A DNA stretch of 33,747 nt from Nanobdellota archaeon (GCA_038045905.1 JBBSXF010000050.1:1-33747); one strand, 5' to 3'; positions 9,015 to 18,210 are shown, numbered from the stretch's first letter. Notes: generated from the sequence alone by a model not told the origin. Translations and numbers: made by a program.

Positions 9015-9389
9015 ATGTTTAATGGGAAAGAGATTATTGTTAAGCTTAGTAATGAAGCTGACAAAGTTTATCAAGAACTTAATAAAACTGTTGGAGAAGA
9101 AAAAATTAAGGGAGTTGAAAGTTCTTTTCATCAGACTTTATTAAGAAGCATAAACAGAGTAAAAGAAATATTAAAACAAAATCCATTTGCAGGTAACCAG
9201 ATTCCAAAAAGTCAAATTCCAGAAAAATATCTTTTAAAGTATGATGTTGATAATTTATGGAGAATTGAGCTTGCAGATAGATGGAGATTAATTTATACTA
9301 TTACTGGAAATCAAATTAATATTATTAATTTTGTTGTGAACATATTTAATCATAGAAACTATGACAAGGTTTTTGGATATAAACACTAA
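9015..9389 (+). CDS. RelE/ParE-superfamily toxin-like protein
   Basis: The C-terminus ILKQNPFAGNQIPK...NLWRIELADRWRLIYTITGNQINIINFVVNIFNHRNYDKVF matches the RelE/ParE pattern (nP..g..l......yRirvgdyRliY.i.....i.i..i.hR..Y). The track start at 8991 is a TTG, so the ATG at 9015 is preferred. Confidence 0.6.
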   Translation: MFNGKEIIVKLSNEADKVYQELNKTVGEEKIKGVESSFHQTLLRSINRVKEILKQNPFAGNQIPKSQIPEKYLLKYDVDNLWRIELADRWRLIYTITGNQINIINFVVNIFNHRNYDKVFGYKH

Positions 9390-9395
9390 AGGGTT

Positions 9396-10085
9396 TTATT
9401 CCCCGATTATTGTTCCTTTAAACTTTTTGTTTCTTAAAACATTTTCCAACTGATTCATATCTCTCCCGAGAATATAAGTTGTTATCCTATTTTTCATTAT
9501 CATTTTTGCAGCAGTTTGGTCAAGGACAAAATGCTGTCCAGGTTTGAATTTAATTTTATTTGCCATTTTGTTGAAATCTTTCCAAGAAATTTTTGGAATT
9601 AACTTTGCGTCTTTGTATTGTTTTGGATTTTTATCATGCAATCCTTGGACATCTGTTAGATTTATAAAAATTGTTTTGAATTTTTTTGCTATTTCTGTAG
9701 CAGTTGAATCAGAAGTTTGATTTGGCTTATATTCTAATGCTCCGCAGAAAACAACATCTTGCTTTTTAATATATTTTCTTAATAACCTCATTGTATGAGG
9801 AATTCCATATTCTGGATTTAGGTTAAAAAAATAGTTCATAAATCTGGCATTCATTCTTGTAGCAGAAATTCCAGACAAACTTTGAAGTTTTTCACTTATT
9901 CCAACTTCTCTTAATGCAGAAATATATTTTCTTGCTATGCTTCCCCCTCCGCAGACAATTATAAATTTGTAATTATTTGTGTTTTTAATAATTGTTTTTT
10001 TAAATTCTTGGAGAAATCTTGTTTCTATGTTTTCCGGAATGATTAGGCTTCCGCCTAGACTAAGAACGATTAGCCTCTTTTTCAT
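9396..10085 (-). CDS. pyrH: UMP kinase (archaeal type)
   Basis: LSLGGSLI ... FIIVCGGGSIARKYI ... amino-acid kinase fold. 229 aa is typical of archaeal PyrH. Confidence 0.85.
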   Translation of the reverse strand: MKKRLIVLSLGGSLIIPENIETRFLQEFKKTIIKNTNNYKFIIVCGGGSIARKYISALREVGISEKLQSLSGISATRMNARFMNYFFNLNPEYGIPHTMRLLRKYIKKQDVVFCGALEYKPNQTSDSTATEIAKKFKTIFINLTDVQGLHDKNPKQYKDAKLIPKISWKDFNKMANKIKFKPGQHFVLDQTAAKMIMKNRITTYILGRDMNQLENVLRNKKFKGTIIGE

Positions 10086-10135
10086 ATATTTCTTACCACA
10101 ACTAATCTTATAAAATTATCGAAGAATATCTTTTA

Positions 10136-10456
10136 ATGGTTGAACTAATGAAAGTCCCAAAATCTATCTTTAGGCAGGTAAGTCCTGCGTCAGATATTTA
10201 CAAATTAATGCAGGATTTTTTTATAAATGCAAAAGATTATGTTCAAGAGAAATTAATAGAAAAAGACTATCTTTTTAAAATAAAATCCGCAGAACTTGCA
10301 TATAATCCAGATGAGGTAAATTTAGTCAATAGAATTACCTATCTTGAATTTAAGGAAAAATATGTTATTGCAGGAATGCTTGAAACAAGAACTCGTTTCA
10401 ATGATTTGCAGTTTACTTTTTTTAGAGATTTAAGCTGTTTGCAAGAAGATTTATAA
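10136..10456 (+). CDS. hypothetical protein
   Basis: 106-aa ORF. TATA-like CTTATAAAATT about 25 nt upstream of the ATG. No family recognised. Confidence 0.45.
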   Translation: MVELMKVPKSIFRQVSPASDIYKLMQDFFINAKDYVQEKLIEKDYLFKIKSAELAYNPDEVNLVNRITYLEFKEKYVIAGMLETRTRFNDLQFTFFRDLSCLQEDL

Positions 10457-10483
10457 TAGCTGATTTTATCTCCATTTTAATTT

Positions 10484-10728
10484 ATGGCGACTTATAATAA
10501 CGAAGAAATTAATCGGCTTTTATGCGGGAAAAGGCTTCCAAGAGAAGAAGATTTGTTAGTTATACAGCCAGATGGAACTCGTGCCTGTGCTGGGGGGAAT
10601 TAACTAAAGGATTTCATTTGTATTCTCCTAAAAAAGAAAGAGAATTGAGTGATATGGAACTTTTAGAAGATACATATAGAGAAGTGGGTTCTTTGAGAAC
10701 GAAAAAATTCCCCCTTATTTTATCGTAA
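10484..10728 (+). pseudogene. small gene apparently split by a frameshift at a G6 run (39-aa ORF 10484..10603 plus the -1 frame continuing to 10728)
   Basis: ATTTATAATAGC sits about 25-35 nt upstream of the ATG at 10484. Frame 0 ends ...GCT GGG GGG AAT TAA. The -1 frame reads through as ...GGG GAA TTA ACT... to 10728 (the C-terminal part of track ORF 10522..10728). Confidence 0.3.
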
Positions 10729-10996
10729 ATAATTTGTCATCTTTTGCATCAAAAATATCTAATCTTACTCCAGAATCAAGCCAACCATGACTATAATTTA
10801 AAGCAGCAAAGGAATTTATGAAATCCCCTTTTTTTCTAAAATGCTCTGCGTCTGAAAGATAATTTTCAACCATTTCAATTATTTCTTTTGCATAATCTTC
10901 TTTGCCTTTGATAATATGTTTTTTTACCTCTTTTAATGCTGTTGAAGTTAGTTTGAAGTATTTTTCTAGCTTTTCTAAGGTTATCTCATGATTCAT
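10715..10996 (-). CDS. DUF357-like small archaeal protein
   Basis: YLSDAEHFRKKGDFINSFAALNYSHGWLDSGVRL resembles the conserved core of archaeal DUF357 proteins. This call is from memory and is not verified. Confidence 0.4.
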   Translation of the reverse strand: MNHEITLEKLEKYFKLTSTALKEVKKHIIKGKEDYAKEIIEMVENYLSDAEHFRKKGDFINSFAALNYSHGWLDSGVRLDIFDAKDDKLFTIK

Positions 10997-11070
10997 TTTA
11001 TTTAATAGGTTATATTCTTTATAAAAGTTTCAAAGAGAATGTTTAAATATAAGATTTCCTTAAATAGTTC

Positions 11071-11850
11071 ATGGAAAGAGGGAGAGGAAAAAATAAGAAA
11101 TTATTTGCAATTTTTGGAATTTGTGTTATTGTTTTATTGGTTACTAGTGTGATTATGTCTGCTACTGGTGAAGACGATATCAGTGAGGCAGTTAAAGAGA
11201 AAATCAGTACAGCTTCACTTCCAGATTCTGTTCAGGAATATGTCGGGGATTTTATCAATCAAAAAGGAATTTCTTCAGAGAGCATAAACAATATTACAGA
11301 AGTTGATTTTAACAGCCTACCCAAAGAAGTGAACATAGAAAATGTAGATAATACTAATTTAGCTATTTATCAGATAGATTATAAAAATCCCGCCTCTTCA
11401 AACAATAAAGTATTTGTTGTGACATACGCTGTGGAAAAATTAGCATCACAAGGAGATATAATAATCAGTCAAGACAAACGTGAATTCTTGAATTTTGGAT
11501 TTGATGGAGAAATGAAAGAATCTGGATTTTTGAAAACTGCAGTTGGTGTTGAGGGTGGTTTAGAGAAAGGTTATGTGATGATGAGAAGTGGAAGTATTAC
11601 TGGAATATCAACAAGCTTGGAACTATTGGGAGGAAATGGAAATTTGGAAATTATTGTGTATAAAAATGGTAAACCAATTCCATTTGGAAACAGCTTTATT
11701 GTAGAAAATATTGGTATGAAAAAAGATTATGATGTTCAATCAAAAGATACTATTACATTTGAAGCAGGAGATGTAATCTCTTTATATGTCCAAGCATCAG
11801 AGGGTATTTCTTGGAAAGACGTAACAACCTTGTTAGAAATTACAAGTTAA
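11071..11850 (+). CDS. secreted/membrane-anchored protein, hypothetical
   Basis: N-terminal basic stretch plus a hydrophobic helix (LFAIFGICVIVLLVTSVIMSA). TATA box about 25 nt upstream. Confidence 0.55.
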   Translation: MERGRGKNKKLFAIFGICVIVLLVTSVIMSATGEDDISEAVKEKISTASLPDSVQEYVGDFINQKGISSESINNITEVDFNSLPKEVNIENVDNTNLAIYQIDYKNPASSNNKVFVVTYAVEKLASQGDIIISQDKREFLNFGFDGEMKESGFLKTAVGVEGGLEKGYVMMRSGSITGISTSLELLGGNGNLEIIVYKNGKPIPFGNSFIVENIGMKKDYDVQSKDTITFEAGDVISLYVQASEGISWKDVTTLLEITS

Positions 11851-11891
11851 ATAACAGAAATGTTTTTAAATAACATTCAATTAAATAAACT

Positions 11892-12170
11892 ATGGGAAAA
11901 GATAAAAGAGATGTTCTTGTATTGGTTCTTATTATAGCAGTTGTTGCTTTATTGGGAGTTCTTGCATATATTTTTTTAGTTAGTCCAGCATTATCTGGAT
12001 TAGTTGTTCAAGGACAAGGACAAGGAATACAATATACTGTTTTGCAAATAGCACAACAAGCATCAACTTGCCAGACTGTTAAGTTACCTGTTGGAAATGA
12101 AACAATGGAATTGATATGGGTTCAATGTTTACAACAACAAGGACCGCAACAAAATACTCCTGCCCAATAA
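11892..12170 (+). CDS. small membrane-anchored Gln-rich protein, hypothetical
   Basis: N-terminal TM helix (VLVLVLIIAVVALLGVLAYIFLV), then a Q/G-rich tail. TATA box upstream. Confidence 0.5.
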   Translation: MGKDKRDVLVLVLIIAVVALLGVLAYIFLVSPALSGLVVQGQGQGIQYTVLQIAQQASTCQTVKLPVGNETMELIWVQCLQQQGPQQNTPAQ

Positions 12171-12211
12171 GTTTTAGTTAGTTTTTTAAATTCTCTATCC
12201 TATTTTATTGA

Positions 12212-13255
12212 ATGAAGAGGAAAAATGTTAAAGGTTTGTCAACAATTGTTATTACTTTAATTCTAATTGTTTTAGCTTTGGTAGCAATTGGAGTCGTGTG
12301 GGGAACAGTTAATAATTTAATTCAAAAAAATTCTGAACAAATTGAAACAGGAATTTCTATGATTGATTTGGATATAACAAATGCGTATGAGCAAACGGGA
12401 AAAATTAATGTTAATGTGAAGAGAAATACTGGCGAAGGCGAGGTTACAAAAATTAAACTGATTCTTTCTGATGGGGGAGATTCTGAAGTCATAACCGAAG
12501 AAGTAACTAGTTTTGAAGTATTTGATTCTAAGAATTTTGAACTTGTCCCGATTAAATTAATTCTTGGAACAATCTTGACTGTTTCAGTAGCTCCTGTATT
12601 CAAATTAAATGATGGAACAGAAAAAGCAGGGGAGATTACTGATACATACACCTTAACTTCTGGAAGTAATAATAACAATCAAGGAGGAAATGGTAATCAA
12701 GGAGGAAATGGTGACTTGGGATGTACTCCGAATTGTGTTAATTTACAATGTGGATTAGACCCCTCATGTCACCAATCTTGTGGAACTTGTGATGTTCTTA
12801 ACACTTGCACTAATGGAATTTGTGTTGTTCCTAATTGTGTTCCAGATGCAACAGAAGTGACTTGTGCTGGAGTTGTTTGTGGAGAAAAAGTAAATAATTG
12901 TGGAGCAATAATTACTTGTACTTCTTGTCCTACAGGGCGATTATGTAATTCTCTTGGAATTTCTTGTGATACGATTGTGCCACTTAATTCAGGAACAGTT
13001 GAGGAAACATGGCCAGGAACTTCTGGAATGTATTTTGGAAGCAGTGATTTGCCTACTGCCCTCGATACGGATTATACTGGAAAATATATTAAATTTTTTG
13101 ATAGTGCTGAAACTGGCTGTTTACAAATTATCGTTTATAGGCCCCCTGTTGGCGGATATCAAAATAGTCATATTGGATTTGTTTTTCAAACCTCAATTGC
13201 AGTTGGAAATTCTTATAAAATATTTGAAACATCAGCTGAATGTGACGCCCCATAA
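12212..13255 (+). CDS. archaeal type IV pilin-like protein (class III signal peptide) with Cys-rich domain
   Basis: MKRKNVKG|LSTIVITLILIVLALVAIGVVW is the canonical prepilin peptidase (PibD/EppA) site followed by a hydrophobic helix. An NNNNQGGNGNQGGNG linker follows, then about 90 aa containing more than 20 Cys. Confidence 0.65.
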   Translation: MKRKNVKGLSTIVITLILIVLALVAIGVVWGTVNNLIQKNSEQIETGISMIDLDITNAYEQTGKINVNVKRNTGEGEVTKIKLILSDGGDSEVITEEVTSFEVFDSKNFELVPIKLILGTILTVSVAPVFKLNDGTEKAGEITDTYTLTSGSNNNNQGGNGNQGGNGDLGCTPNCVNLQCGLDPSCHQSCGTCDVLNTCTNGICVVPNCVPDATEVTCAGVVCGEKVNNCGAIITCTSCPTGRLCNSLGISCDTIVPLNSGTVEETWPGTSGMYFGSSDLPTALDTDYTGKYIKFFDSAETGCLQIIVYRPPVGGYQNSHIGFVFQTSIAVGNSYKIFETSAECDAP

Positions 13256-13313
13256 CTAAGAAAACTTTAAATATAATCTTCTGTTTTTATTGATTGTTAG
13301 TTGACTAAAAAAG

Positions 13314-14600
13314 ATGGCGTATAAAAAGTATATTAAAAAAGATGGGAAACTTTACGGACCTTATGTTTATCAAAGCAGAAGAATAGATGGCAAAGTTGTT
13401 TCAGAATATTGCGGGACAGATAAACCGAATTATAAAAAAATTGCAATTTTTGTTTTTGGAATTTTAATATTAATTGCATTGGTTTCTTCTTTTTTTATTT
13501 TCAAAGGAAAAATAACGGGGAATGTTATATCAGACAATCAACTTTCTTCTCAAACAGAAAATAATTTAGTAAATGAACCTGAAACAATAAATTATCCGAT
13601 AGTTTATTTTACTTTAATTTCAAGACAAACTGAAAAATCTTCTGATGCTGAACCAGTTGTTAATGATAATGGTTCTTTAATAGATGAGAATTTGGAGATG
13701 CCTTTTAATGATACGAATGATTCTTTGAATGAAGATATTCCTTCCCAATCTGATTCATCAGAAAAAGATATAGAGCAAATTCCTGAAACAATATCTTCAG
13801 AAACAGATGTGTCCGCAAAACCTGTTGTGGAAGAGCAACCTCTCGCTGAAGAGTCACAGCAGTCAACTGAATCAGTTCCAACAGAAGAAGCTCCGCAAGA
13901 ATCAGCTCCAGATGAAACTTCGCAAGAGCCTTCTGCTACAATTACTGGGGGGGTTATTTCTAAAATCTTAAAGACAGCCTCTAATTTTTTCTTAGGGCTA
14001 AAACTAACTGGAAATGCAGTATCTGAATCTGGACCAATAGAAATTAACGGACAAGCGTCTGCAGATAAACCATTCATGTATAATTTAAAAGAAGGAGAAA
14101 CTATTCAAATTTTATCTGGAAGTGTTAAAACAAATTCTAAATCTTTATCAGACGATGCAATTAAAATTGCTTATCAAAGTGACAATGTTTTAGTAACTAC
14201 AGATTATTCTGAATCTATTGCTAATGTTCCAAATGAAGATAAAGTAGTTATAGATGAATCAAAGCAGATAAATAATTCCAAAAAAAATGAAACTCAAATT
14301 GAATTTATTGAACCAGTTTCTTTGACTGAACAGGAAAAACAAATTCTTTTAACTCAATTTGGGAACATTTCTGTTCAAACTATTAAATCAGAATTATTCA
14401 ATGGAAGATATGTTATAGGGTATGAATTTGGAGGGTATAAAATAGAATATTCTTATGATGCAGATTTGAGCGAGGCAGTTTTAAAATCCCAAATGGAAAA
14501 AGATAGAATTAGCTGGCTGAAAAATATTGCTGATAAGCTTTTGGAAACAGAAAGTGTTCATGCAGAAGCAAATCAATTTAATTCAGACTTCCTATTATAA
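13314..14600 (+). CDS. membrane-anchored protein with acidic low-complexity ectodomain, hypothetical
   Basis: N-terminus YIKKDGKLYGPYVYQSRRIDGKVVSEYCG (beta-hairpin-like motif), then a TM helix (IAIFVFGILILIALVSSFFIF), then an E/S/Q/P-rich region. Confidence 0.55.
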   Translation: MAYKKYIKKDGKLYGPYVYQSRRIDGKVVSEYCGTDKPNYKKIAIFVFGILILIALVSSFFIFKGKITGNVISDNQLSSQTENNLVNEPETINYPIVYFTLISRQTEKSSDAEPVVNDNGSLIDENLEMPFNDTNDSLNEDIPSQSDSSEKDIEQIPETISSETDVSAKPVVEEQPLAEESQQSTESVPTEEAPQESAPDETSQEPSATITGGVISKILKTASNFFLGLKLTGNAVSESGPIEINGQASADKPFMYNLKEGETIQILSGSVKTNSKSLSDDAIKIAYQSDNVLVTTDYSESIANVPNEDKVVIDESKQINNSKKNETQIEFIEPVSLTEQEKQILLTQFGNISVQTIKSELFNGRYVIGYEFGGYKIEYSYDADLSEAVLKSQMEKDRISWLKNIADKLLETESVHAEANQFNSDFLL

Positions 14601-15224
14601 AGGCTTTGGAGGAATATAATAAGATAATTTTTTTATGACAAATCTTGAACCAACTACGTTAGAGATAATTGCCGAAAGCACTAAACTTCCTACTGCAACT
14701 TTGTAAATTCCTTCGTTTGCAGGTATTTTTGAAATTGTGGAAAAAACATTTATTATCCTATCAATATCTTCTTTGTTCAACACTATGGAGGTTGGTTTTG
14801 TTCCCATTGTTCCTGTAACACTCACTGCTTCATCTGGACTTCCTATAATAATTTTTACTGCTGAATCTTTAATCAAAGGATTTAATTTGAACAAATCTAT
14901 CCCTGTTGTTAAAGTTGGAACTGGCTTTAAATATTCCAAATGCGGAGGCAATTTTGATTCTGGAATAATAAAAGTCGGATTGTTAAATTGTCTTGTAACT
15001 GGCTTTGGTATAGACGGAAGATTTATCCTTCTTAATTCTCCTGTTCTTTCAAGAAGGAGTTTAGGTTCATTGCTTAATATAGAAGGAATGTTCCCATTTT
15101 TTTCTTTTGATTCTATTATATTTTCCAGTTTTGTTATCTCTACTTTTGCAGAATGAATAATTAAAGTTTTTGTAAATACTAATAAAAAATGTTTTTTGAA
15201 TTCATTTGAAAATGTTGATTCCAT
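14595..15224 (-). CDS. N-terminal-domain-only fragment of a PilB/FlaI/VirB11-type secretion ATPase (no Walker A domain)
   Basis: LNPLIKDSAVKIIIGSPDEAVSVTGTMGTKPTSIVLNKEDIDRIINVFSTISKIPANEGIYKVAVGSLVLSAIISNVVGSRFVIKK matches the T2SSE N-terminal region (L..ll.d..v.eI.vng...v.v.....g......f...e.l..ii.ria...gr.i....p.vd..l.dGsRv.a......g..f.IRK). The ORF stops about 10 aa later, before any GxxGxGKT. Confidence 0.5.
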   Translation of the reverse strand: MESTFSNEFKKHFLLVFTKTLIIHSAKVEITKLENIIESKEKNGNIPSILSNEPKLLLERTGELRRINLPSIPKPVTRQFNNPTFIIPESKLPPHLEYLKPVPTLTTGIDLFKLNPLIKDSAVKIIIGSPDEAVSVTGTMGTKPTSIVLNKEDIDRIINVFSTISKIPANEGIYKVAVGSLVLSAIISNVVGSRFVIKKLSYYIPPKPL

Positions 15225-15225
15225 T

Positions 15226-15717
15226 CTAATTATTCATATTACCAAATCTTGGATTTTTAGAAAGGTCTACTACTGGGCGCCTCATAGGTTCTTCTGTGAT
15301 TATTCTTCTTGCTTGTGTAGGAGGATATTGCTGTGTTGAAATTTTTGGAAAGCTTTGTTGCGGATATCTTTGTTCTGATTGAGTTGAAGCTTCTTTCTCA
15401 TGAAGAAGAGCAATTCCTTTTGCAATCACTTTATTTTGTTCTAAAAGATTATCCAATTTTTCAACTACTTTTTTATCTTCTTTATTTTCCCCTGATAGAT
15501 TTCCTTTTTCTGCTAATGTTTTTGCAGAAATTTCAAATAGTTCTAATAGTTTTGAAATTTGGTTAGAAAGACTATCAAATTTTACAGCAAGGTTTGTCAT
15601 GACTTTTTGCAAAGACACAAAATTTTCTATTAAAACCTGCTCTACTTTAACATTTTCTGAATTTTCTAAATTGCCTGTTTTCTCTTTTTGTTTTGGTGTT
15701 TCTTTTTTCTTAACCAT
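15226..15717 (-). CDS. coiled-coil protein, hypothetical
   Basis: 163-aa ORF. Only 1 nt separates it from the downstream ATPase-fragment gene. Heptad-like central region and a Q/P-rich tail. Confidence 0.5.
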   Translation of the reverse strand: MVKKKETPKQKEKTGNLENSENVKVEQVLIENFVSLQKVMTNLAVKFDSLSNQISKLLELFEISAKTLAEKGNLSGENKEDKKVVEKLDNLLEQNKVIAKGIALLHEKEASTQSEQRYPQQSFPKISTQQYPPTQARRIITEEPMRRPVVDLSKNPRFGNMNN

Positions 15718-15752
15718 AGAATATTGATGCTTTTTTTGTTTATAAAATTTTG

Positions 15753-18167
15753 TTATTTTTTTGATAAGTTTTCATCTTTGTTGGCTTCTGATTGGTCCGG
15801 ATTGTAAGGTTCAATTTTAACTCCATTTATGACTGGAAATTCTTCTGTTTCTTTTTTTGTTTTTGCTATTTCATCTGGTGAATACTGCCTTAATCCCTCG
15901 CCTAATGTTTTTTCAATTTCAGCCACATAATCGGAAATCTCTTTTGCTACATCTGCATTTACACTTATGCTGTTAATGCCTTTTTCCACTAAAAATTTAA
16001 CCATTTCTTTTTTGCTTCCTGCTTGTCCGCAAATGCTAGTTTCAACATTATTTCTCTTGCAGACTCTTATTACAAAATCAAGCTGATATAAAACAGCTGG
16101 GTGCATTTCATTGTATAAACTCTGAACTTGTTGATTTCCTCTATCAATTGCCAGAATGTATTGTGTTAAATCATTTGTTCCGAAAGATATGAAATCTATC
16201 CCTTCTTCGCAAAATTCTTTTATTAATTGAACCGCAGCAGGAGTTTCAACCATTATTCCTAATTTTAAGTCTGTAAAATTAATTTCTTTCAAGACTTCTT
16301 TGACTTTTTGAACTTCTTCAACGGAAATTATCTGGGGCATCATTACTCCTATTTTTTTCCCTGTATCTGCAATTCTTTTTAATGCATTTAATTCTGCTTT
16401 CAATACTTCTGGATTTTTTATTCCATATCTAATTCCATGCATTCCTAACATAGGATTTACTTCGACTACTCCAGGAGAACCTTCTAAATTCCTAAATTCA
16501 TCACTTCTTATATCAGATGTTCTTACCCAGAGTTCATCAAAGAATTCTGCTATTCCCTTTACTCCATTGAAAATTACTTCTTCGTAATCTTTTGCTTTAT
16601 TATTTTTTATAAAATAATCTGGATGTTTTCCTGATTCTGCAATTATTCCTTCAATTCTTGTTAAACCGACTTGTTTTATTCCTGTCTTTGAAGACCTTTC
16701 AGCAAAACTTGGCATATCTACCATAACCTTTATTTTTGTTCTTGTTTTTGCGGTTACAGGAAGAATTTCTTGATGTTTTGTTTCTGCTGTTTTTCCAGCA
16801 TATACTTTTCCAGAAGCTCCATCTACTGTTACAATATCTCCGTCTTTTAATTTTGTTGTTGCTTCTCTTGTCCCAACTACTGCCGGAATTCCCATTTCTC
16901 TAGAAACAATTGCTGCATGGGCAGTTAATCCCCCTTCATCTGTGATTATTGCTGCAGATTTTTGCATACTAACAACCATGTCTGGATTTGTCATTTTTGT
17001 AACTAAAATATCCCCTGTTTCTATTTTATCAAGTTCAGCTAAGTCGTTTATTATTTTCACTTTTCCAGAAGCAACTCCTGGAGATGCTCCTAATCCAGAG
17101 AGAATTACATTTTCTCCTAAATCTGTTCTTTCTTCTGTTTTTTTACCAATTGTAGTTATTGCTCTTGTTTGAACAACAAAAATTTCCTCTCCTTCAATTG
17201 CCCATTCAATATCCTGCGGTTTTTTGTAATGCTCTTCTAATCTTAATGAAATCTCTGCTAATTTCTTCATTTCATATTCTTTCAATACCTGCTGTTTTGA
17301 TTTTTCAGGACTTAATTTAACTGTTGTTTGTCCTCCTCCAGAATCTCTTGTAATTGCTATTTTTTTATCGGAAATATTTTTTGTTAAAATTTCCAACTCT
17401 CTTGAGAGGGTGTATTGATCTGGAGTTATTGTCCCAGAAACAATTCCTTCTCCTAATCCAAAAACAGCCTCTAAAATTATATTTTTGCTTTGATTAGTCG
17501 GGTCTTGAGAAAATATAACTCCTGACTTGTCAGAATCAACCATTCTCTGAACAACAACTGCTAAACTTGCTTTTGTATCTCTATATCCCTTTTTATTTCT
17601 GTAATATGTTGCTCTTGAAGTAAATAATGATGCAAGGCATTTTTTTATTGTTAACAGCAATTCTGTTTTTCCTTTTATATTTAAAAAAGATTCTTGCTGT
17701 CCTGCAAAACTTGCATCTGCCAAATCTTCTGTTGTAGCTGAACTTCTTACAGCGACGAAGATTGGTTCTGAATTTTTTAATATCTCAAGAACAGTTCCAG
17801 TAGCATTATTTTTTACATTATTTGTATCCAACGCTTCGTATGACTCTAAAATTTCTTCTTGTAAATCTTTTGGAAATTCTGCCTTTATTATTGATTTTCT
17901 AATTTTTTCTGTAACTTCATTTAATTGTTTTGTATCCTCATAATTTATGCTGTTAAGAAGAGTTTCTATTTGCTCTTTTAATCCTGCTTTTTCTATAAAA
18001 TAATCATATGCTTGTGCTGTTATAACAAATCCAGCTGGGACATTCACCTTTGCATTGTAAATTTCTGCAAGATTTGCCCCTTTCCCTCCTGCAACACTTC
18101 CAGAATCTTTATTCAATTCAGAAAACCATTTTACAAAATCTATTCCTTCATCTCTTTTTTCAGGCAT
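15753..18167 (-). CDS. ppsA: phosphoenolpyruvate synthase (pyruvate, water dikinase)
   Basis: N-terminus GGKGANLAEI (ATP-grasp), phosphohistidine swivel motif TDEGGLTAHAAIVSREMGIPAVVG, and a PEP-utilising C-terminal domain (GFISFGTNDLTQY-like: IDFISFGTNDLTQYILA). Confidence 0.9.
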   Translation of the reverse strand: MPEKRDEGIDFVKWFSELNKDSGSVAGGKGANLAEIYNAKVNVPAGFVITAQAYDYFIEKAGLKEQIETLLNSINYEDTKQLNEVTEKIRKSIIKAEFPKDLQEEILESYEALDTNNVKNNATGTVLEILKNSEPIFVAVRSSATTEDLADASFAGQQESFLNIKGKTELLLTIKKCLASLFTSRATYYRNKKGYRDTKASLAVVVQRMVDSDKSGVIFSQDPTNQSKNIILEAVFGLGEGIVSGTITPDQYTLSRELEILTKNISDKKIAITRDSGGGQTTVKLSPEKSKQQVLKEYEMKKLAEISLRLEEHYKKPQDIEWAIEGEEIFVVQTRAITTIGKKTEERTDLGENVILSGLGASPGVASGKVKIINDLAELDKIETGDILVTKMTNPDMVVSMQKSAAIITDEGGLTAHAAIVSREMGIPAVVGTREATTKLKDGDIVTVDGASGKVYAGKTAETKHQEILPVTAKTRTKIKVMVDMPSFAERSSKTGIKQVGLTRIEGIIAESGKHPDYFIKNNKAKDYEEVIFNGVKGIAEFFDELWVRTSDIRSDEFRNLEGSPGVVEVNPMLGMHGIRYGIKNPEVLKAELNALKRIADTGKKIGVMMPQIISVEEVQKVKEVLKEINFTDLKLGIMVETPAAVQLIKEFCEEGIDFISFGTNDLTQYILAIDRGNQQVQSLYNEMHPAVLYQLDFVIRVCKRNNVETSICGQAGSKKEMVKFLVEKGINSISVNADVAKEISDYVAEIEKTLGEGLRQYSPDEIAKTKKETEEFPVINGVKIEPYNPDQSEANKDENLSKK

Positions 18168-18210
18168 GTAAAAGAAAACAGAATATAGTTAATAAATATT
18201 TTTGTTTGCT

